A DNA stretch of 64,000 bases from a candidate division WOR-3 bacterium (GTDB lineage: Bacteria; Hydrothermota; Tepidihabitantia; Tepidihabitantales; JAOUPE01), in assembly GCA_039801565.1 (NCBI GenBank), contig JBDRUX010000001.1, forward strand, positions 51,403 through 115,402, in the 5' to 3' direction. The position numbers were made by a program, and so were the translations under genes. The number at the start of each line of letters is the position of its first letter. The first letter of the stretch is position 1. The notes below the pieces were generated by a model. It ran no database searches, was not told the DNA's origin, and worked only from the letters and a program-made list of their open reading frames with translations. Below, one piece after another: positions 59,292-64,000 of this stretch.

Positions 59292-61202
59292 ATGCCTGAT
59301 AAAAAATTATGGTGTGCTGTAGCCATTTTAATTTTGGTAGCGAAAAATCCAATTTACTCCGCTAAGACGAAGCAACTCAACAATCCAGTGAATTGGGATA
59401 CAACAAGAATTTATTCAGGGTCCGGAACATTACAAAAAATTTCAGTGGGTAATAAATTAAAAGGAGTAAACGATGATACCTTTCGGATAGCTACCGGTCA
59501 ATCAACACTCAGACGAAATGCTTTAATCCTCACTGATACTTCCAGTGCACCACCAATGAAATGGCGAGCCGATTCTATTTTCTCAGGAATGGATAATAAT
59601 GGCATATTGAGTGTTGCAATTGGTGATGTTGATGGTGATGGAACAAATGAGGTTATTTTTGGTCAAGCTGGGGGTAACCTGAAAAGAGTTAAATGGATTG
59701 CAAATTCCTGGAATGTAACTCAGATTGATTCTCAAGGTGGTCAGGTGTATGACATTGCGATTGGCGATGCCGATAATAATGGAATCCAAGATATAATTTT
59801 TGCTCGTTACAATTATGTTTTTAGAAGTTATTGGGCTGGCAGTTCTTGGCAGACCAATCAAATCTGGTCTGGGGATGGTAATCGTTGCCACGGCGTTGCA
59901 ATTGGTGATTTTGATACTTCTTCCTCAGGAAATGAGGTTGTTGCGGTTACTTATAATGGCAAGGCGGTGCGAATTAGATGGAATGGTTCAAGCTGGGAAA
60001 ATTATGTAATGTATGATAATTCCAGTTGTCGGTTTTATGAACCAGCGATTGGTGATTTTGATATTTTAAATCTTGGACAAGAGGTTGCTTTCGGGAATGC
60101 TTTGCCAACCCCAAGTTATGGGTCAGTTATTGAACTTTTTGGCTCAGGTACAAACTGGTCAGTTAGAGCGATTTATAATCCGATAGGTAGTGAAGCTTGT
60201 TACAATCTTGCGATTGGCGATATCTTTGATGAGCATGAAGGTCTGGAAGTTATTGCTATTGGTATTAGAAGCGGCGACGATTCAATTCGAGTTATTTATG
60301 GAAGCGGTTCAAGTTGGACAAATCAAGCAATTATAGGTTTTTCTCAGATATTAGGTGACAATGGCATTGCCGTTAGTGATATTAATAAATACCGAAATCA
60401 TAATCAGGAAATTGTCTTTGCCCGAAATACAATCCTTTACGAAGCTGAACAGAGAATTCCTCCCGGACCAACTATAACTAATATCTCCCATAACCCAAGA
60501 ATTCCTTTGTCATCAGAAAGTGTTACAGTAAGAGCAAAAATTCTCGACACATTGACCTTAACTGCTGATAGCCTTTATTATGCAATAAATAGTCCAAACA
60601 ATTGGCAATCAATTTATCATTCCAATCTTGACTCATTTTATTATTACACAATTCCCACTCAAGATACCGGTGCAATAATTTATTATTTTATAACCGCCAA
60701 AAATAATGGCGGTGGCAGAAGCCAAAGCCTAATCTTTTCCTATCAAGTTGCTTACGAACATAGTATCTATCAGATTCAATATACTTCTGGTTCTTCTGAT
60801 ACTTCACCGGATAATAACAAATATGTTTTTACTAAAGGAATTGTAACTGGGATATTTGGACGATTTTTCAATATTGAAGAGAAGCCCGGAGGTGCCTGGC
60901 ACGGTATTCATATTCGAAGACCAGCGTTTAGTGATACCACACCCAATTTAGTTATTGGCGATAGTGTTGAAGTTCTCGGTCGCGTGCAGGAATTAGCCAA
61001 TCAGACTGTAATCAATGTCTTTTATGATAGTGGCGGTCGAGTGCAAAGAATTGAGCCAGCACGACCATTACCCTGCACCACCCTAACCACAATTAGCCAA
61101 ATCGCTGAATCGTTAGAAGGCACATTGGTGAGGATTGATACTCTGCGTTTCAAAATTACCGGAATATTTCAACCCAACACAGTTTATTGGGTATATAATT
61201 AG
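59292..61202 (+). CDS. FG-GAP-repeat beta-propeller protein; probable N-terminal part of a split T9SS cargo gene
   Basis: Signal peptide MPDKKLWCAVAILILVA. The track's 59217 start overlaps the upstream terminator. FG-GAP motifs IGDVDGDGTNEVIFG, IGDADNNGIQDIIF and IGDFDTSSSGNEVV. No T9SS CTD. The stop at 61200 comes 2 nt after the downstream frame opens. Confidence 0.55.
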   Translation: MPDKKLWCAVAILILVAKNPIYSAKTKQLNNPVNWDTTRIYSGSGTLQKISVGNKLKGVNDDTFRIATGQSTLRRNALILTDTSSAPPMKWRADSIFSGMDNNGILSVAIGDVDGDGTNEVIFGQAGGNLKRVKWIANSWNVTQIDSQGGQVYDIAIGDADNNGIQDIIFARYNYVFRSYWAGSSWQTNQIWSGDGNRCHGVAIGDFDTSSSGNEVVAVTYNGKAVRIRWNGSSWENYVMYDNSSCRFYEPAIGDFDILNLGQEVAFGNALPTPSYGSVIELFGSGTNWSVRAIYNPIGSEACYNLAIGDIFDEHEGLEVIAIGIRSGDDSIRVIYGSGSSWTNQAIIGFSQILGDNGIAVSDINKYRNHNQEIVFARNTILYEAEQRIPPGPTITNISHNPRIPLSSESVTVRAKILDTLTLTADSLYYAINSPNNWQSIYHSNLDSFYYYTIPTQDTGAIIYYFITAKNNGGGRSQSLIFSYQVAYEHSIYQIQYTSGSSDTSPDNNKYVFTKGIVTGIFGRFFNIEEKPGGAWHGIHIRRPAFSDTTPNLVIGDSVEVLGRVQELANQTVINVFYDSGGRVQRIEPARPLPCTTLTTISQIAESLEGTLVRIDTLRFKITGIFQPNTVYWVYN

Positions 61203-61324
61203 CCGAAACCGAATCAATTCCAGTATTCATTCGCAGTGAAACCAATATACCCAATGAATCAATCCCAAATGGCTTTTTCCTTCTGACTGGCTGTTTAAAT
61301 CAATATATTCAGGATTATCAAATT

Positions 61325-63214
61325 ATGCCAAGAATAATAGAAGATTTTAGTCTCTTGCTAGTTGATTTTGGTCCAACTGAAATTTTATCTCCGCCGGATA
61401 CCGTCAATTATGGTGATAGTATCTTCCCAAAGGTTATAATCCGTAACTACCAAATGACGCCGGTGACGAACCTATCAGTCTGGCTTCGGATTGGTAACAC
61501 TTATACCAACGAGCGATTCTTCCCAAAACTGGCATCCCAGCCTTATGACACTATTGAATTTAATCTATGGTTAGGCAGTCCAGGGTGGCAGGAGATTAAG
61601 ACTTGGACGAGATTGCGCAACGACTTAAATCCCAATAACGACACGCTCTTAGATTCAGTTTATGTCCGTCCGCCGGCTTTACCACCTGATGTTGGCGTAA
61701 CCGAAATCATCCTAATGAATGATACCGTTTCAATTGGTGATACTTTCATTCCAAAGGCAATAGTAAAGAATTTCAGCCCAACACCGGCTGTTAATTTCTT
61801 TGTCCATTTTAAGATTGGCAATGTTTTCTCCGATTCGGTCTTTATACTAAATTTTGGTCCTTATCAGATTGATACAATCCAATTCCAACCTTGGGTTGCT
61901 CAACTCGGTATTTATCAACTAACCGCCTATACTAATCTTTACCTTGACCCTAATCCAAATAATGACACTGCCTATGGTTCGTTATTGGTTAGAACTATCA
62001 CTGGTGGTTGGCAGGAGCGAAGTAGTATGCCAATTGGTAGTGGGAAAAGAGTCAAGCAAGGCGGTGCTTTGGTTTATACCCGCCACGATACAATTTATGC
62101 CCTCAAAGGCAATAACACTCTTGAATTTTATGCCTATAATACAACTACCGATTCCTGGGTGAAAAAAGAATCGTTGCCGATGCTTGGCACAAAGCCAAAA
62201 CGGGTGAAAAAAGGCGCGGCATTAACCTATGACAGATGGAATAATAAAATCTATGCCTTAAAAGGTAATAATACCCGTGAGTTCTGGCAATACGACCTAT
62301 TAAAAGATAGCTGGATTTATTTAGGCGAAGTCCCTTCGGCAAATGGCAAGGGAATAAAAGGCGGGTCAGCACTCGCTTGTGCTAAAATTGGTCAGAATAT
62401 TTACATCTACTTTATGAAGGGCACAAAAACTTCCGAGTTCTACGCCTATGATGCCACTCCCGATACTTGGATTAAAAGTTTGAAACCGATTCCGATTCTG
62501 CCGAGCGGCAAACCAATGAAAGATGGCAGTTGTATGGTCAAAGGTGATAGTGTCCTATTTTGTCTAAAAGGTGGCTATAATGACTTCTATGCCTATAGTA
62601 TTGGTTCGGATACCTGGTATCTAAAGAAGTCACTACCGATAATGGGTGCCAGCCAGCGAAAAAAGAAAGTAAAAGATGGTGCTGGTTTATGTTATGACGA
62701 TGCTCATAATGTTGTTTATTGCCTCAAAGGCGGCAATACCCAGGAATTTTGGGCTTATTATCCAGATTTGGACACCTGGATGGAATTAGAGACAATTCCA
62801 AAAGGATCTTCTAACAAACGAGTAAAAAGTGGTGGTGCTTTAACTTTTGCTGATGGTTTAATTTTCGCTTTAAAAGGTAATAATACTCGTGAATTATGGT
62901 GTTATACGCCGAACTCAATCAAACTTCAAAACCCAATTCGCTTATCTGCGGTGTGCGCGAATCAAACTGCAATACCCAGGGGCATTACAATCCAAAGCAA
63001 AAGCAATACAATAAATATTAAATTCGGTCTAAATATTCCATTAATTGATTACAGTTTATACGATGTTTTAGGCAGGGTGGTTAAAAGCGAAAAAATTAAG
63101 ATAAAAAATAATATCTTATCAATTAATATGAAAGGTATGCCTTCCGGCATTTATATTCTCAAATTGAATTATAATAGGACCACAATTACCCAAAAAATCA
63201 TCTTAAATCATTAA
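61325..63214 (+). CDS. CARDB-like repeats + Kelch-like propeller + T9SS CTD; probable C-terminal part of the same split gene (lacks its own signal peptide)
   Basis: Three CARDB-like repeats (DFGPTEILSPPDTVNYGDSIFPKVIIRNY). Seven IYALKGNNTxEF blades. CTD IDYSLYDVLGRVV...GIYILKL...KIILNH. The reading frame is open back to 61199. Confidence 0.55.
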   Translation: MPRIIEDFSLLLVDFGPTEILSPPDTVNYGDSIFPKVIIRNYQMTPVTNLSVWLRIGNTYTNERFFPKLASQPYDTIEFNLWLGSPGWQEIKTWTRLRNDLNPNNDTLLDSVYVRPPALPPDVGVTEIILMNDTVSIGDTFIPKAIVKNFSPTPAVNFFVHFKIGNVFSDSVFILNFGPYQIDTIQFQPWVAQLGIYQLTAYTNLYLDPNPNNDTAYGSLLVRTITGGWQERSSMPIGSGKRVKQGGALVYTRHDTIYALKGNNTLEFYAYNTTTDSWVKKESLPMLGTKPKRVKKGAALTYDRWNNKIYALKGNNTREFWQYDLLKDSWIYLGEVPSANGKGIKGGSALACAKIGQNIYIYFMKGTKTSEFYAYDATPDTWIKSLKPIPILPSGKPMKDGSCMVKGDSVLFCLKGGYNDFYAYSIGSDTWYLKKSLPIMGASQRKKKVKDGAGLCYDDAHNVVYCLKGGNTQEFWAYYPDLDTWMELETIPKGSSNKRVKSGGALTFADGLIFALKGNNTRELWCYTPNSIKLQNPIRLSAVCANQTAIPRGITIQSKSNTINIKFGLNIPLIDYSLYDVLGRVVKSEKIKIKNNILSINMKGMPSGIYILKLNYNRTTITQKIILNH

Positions 63215-63333
63215 GAAGACCAGCAGAAAAGAATCTGTAAAATAGTCAAAAACTTGAAATATATTTCAACCTAAAAATGACCGATTTTTTCGTCTATCGT
63301 GTTGGTCTTCCGTCGGTTACACCAATTTTCCCT

Positions 63334-63635
63334 TAGGGAGGGGGTACCGTATAGGGGGTGACCCCGTAGGCTACCCCCTAAGCTATCCCGTAGGTTGCTT
63401 GGGGAGTTGCCTCGGGAGTTCCTTCTGGAGCTGGTTGGTAGGCAGGTTCGGGAGCGACTTCGTAAGCAACTTCCGAAGCAGGTTAGGAGGCTACTTGGGG
63501 AGCAACCAGGGGAGCTACCCCGTAGGCTGCCCAGTAGGCTACCTCGTAAGCAAGCCGGTAGGCTGGCATCTTTCCCAATTTCGAAATTCGAAATTCTTTA
63601 AGAAAACCCCGTAGGCTACCTCGTGGGCTGGGGTT
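63334..63635 (+). repeat. Copy B (full length) of the dispersed repeat family: G-rich head plus ~15 units of a 12-nt periodic array
   Basis: Head TTAGGGAGGGGGTACCG. The ccccgtaggctaccccctaag word is shared with copy A. Units ggttgcttgggg / agttgcctcggg / agttccttctgg / agctggttggta / ggcaggttcggg ... with consensus rGCnrsyTnGGr. The ORF-track ORFs at 63395 and 63399 are translations of this array. Confidence 0.6.
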
Positions 63636-63679
63636 AGAAAAACAAATCCAACTAACAATTTCTAAATAACAGCTTTCGA

Positions 63680-64000
63680 TTACCTCGCGAGAATTATTTT
63701 TCTTGTTACTCCATAACCTTTTGTTTTAAATCTTAGAAAATAAATTCCCGAAGTCAGTGGATTATTATTGGAATCGGTGCCATCCCAAATCAAGGAATAT
63801 TCCCCTGGATTCTCAATATTCTCTTTCAGAACCTTAATCAATTTACCGCCAGTATCATAAACCTTAAGACTTATCATCGCACGTCGAGCGATTTGGTATC
63901 TAATCACCGTCCGCTTGGAAAAAGGATTAGGTTGGCTAACTTCTAATTTCGGCTCAAGGGTAAAGTCAAATCTACCTTCTTCTATACCCGACGGAAAATC
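63680..64000 (-). CDS. 3' end (T9SS C-terminal sorting domain) of a secreted protein whose body lies beyond the window end
   Basis: The minus-strand translation continues past 63907 (…LEVSQPNPFSKRTVIRYQIARRAMISLKVYDTGGKLIKVL...SGIYFLRF...RKIILAR), which is the Por/T9SS CTD pattern. Partial. Confidence 0.6.
   Translation of the reverse strand, partial: DFPSGIEEGRFDFTLEPKLEVSQPNPFSKRTVIRYQIARRAMISLKVYDTGGKLIKVLKENIENPGEYSLIWDGTDSNNNPLTSGIYFLRFKTKGYGVTRKIILAR

Noticed and set aside
63395-63614. Two overlapping + strand ORFs (68 and 71 aa) with 4-residue periodic sequence (LGELPREF... / LGSSFWSWLVGRFG...)
   Set aside because: They are translations of the 12-nt periodic DNA array of repeat copy B. 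Homologous copies A, C and D carry indels and stops that destroy any frame, so the family is non-coding.

Overview
This is a low-GC (~40%) bacterial chromosomal window. Several large secreted proteins end in Por/T9SS C-terminal sorting domains, which points to the FCB superphylum or a related uncultivated lineage.

Part 1. The housekeeping and accessory genes I can support are:
- an HgdC/BadF-type activase
- nadE
- a clostripain-like C11 lipoprotein
- a THEP1-type NTPase with trkH and trkA
- a fused AmmeMemoRadiSam B+A protein
- an NtrC-type sigma-54 response regulator paired with a histidine kinase that has an FG-GAP propeller sensor
- two half-size ArsA/Get3-like ATPases flanking a GxxExxY gene that is itself flanked by inverted repeats
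- an EamA transporter
- cstA
- tRNA-Lys(UUU)
- a Cys/Met-metabolism PLP enzyme
- a pgaA/C/B-like exopolysaccharide operon headed by a KaiC-like protein with a degenerate GGDEF domain
- tspO
- glgC
- an APH-like/P-loop kinase fusion
- an LpxH-like phosphoesterase
- a CapA-like T9SS cargo protein
- dnaA with upstream DnaA boxes, followed by about 3.2 kb of gene-poor, decayed sequence that includes an ISL3-like transposase remnant
- a cupin
- a 2833-aa gingipain (C25)-family T9SS giant with CARDB-like repeats and a Kelch-like propeller
- a second T9SS cargo gene split across two adjacent reading frames

Part 2. The observations worth a second look are:
- A 1780-aa single polypeptide that joins a Ser/Thr kinase, a STAND ATPase, TPR repeats, a GAF domain, a sigma-54 activator domain and an HTH.
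- A family of at least five co-oriented intergenic elements built from a degenerate 12-nt periodic array rich in GGGAG and 'cgtaggct' words. Each has a conserved G-rich head, and two copies are preceded by a perfect 16-bp palindrome. The family may be a set of paralogous regulatory RNAs, and is so far undescribed as far as I can tell.
- The GxxExxY cassette bracketed by inverted repeats inside an ArsA operon.
- The KaiC-like/degenerate-GGDEF regulator heading the PNAG-like operon.
- An oriC candidate next to an IS-decayed gene desert.
- A MITE-like segment bounded by inverted repeats.
- Near-identical DNA repeats inside the giant protease gene.

All calls come from reading the sequence and the ORF translations only. 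No database searches were run.
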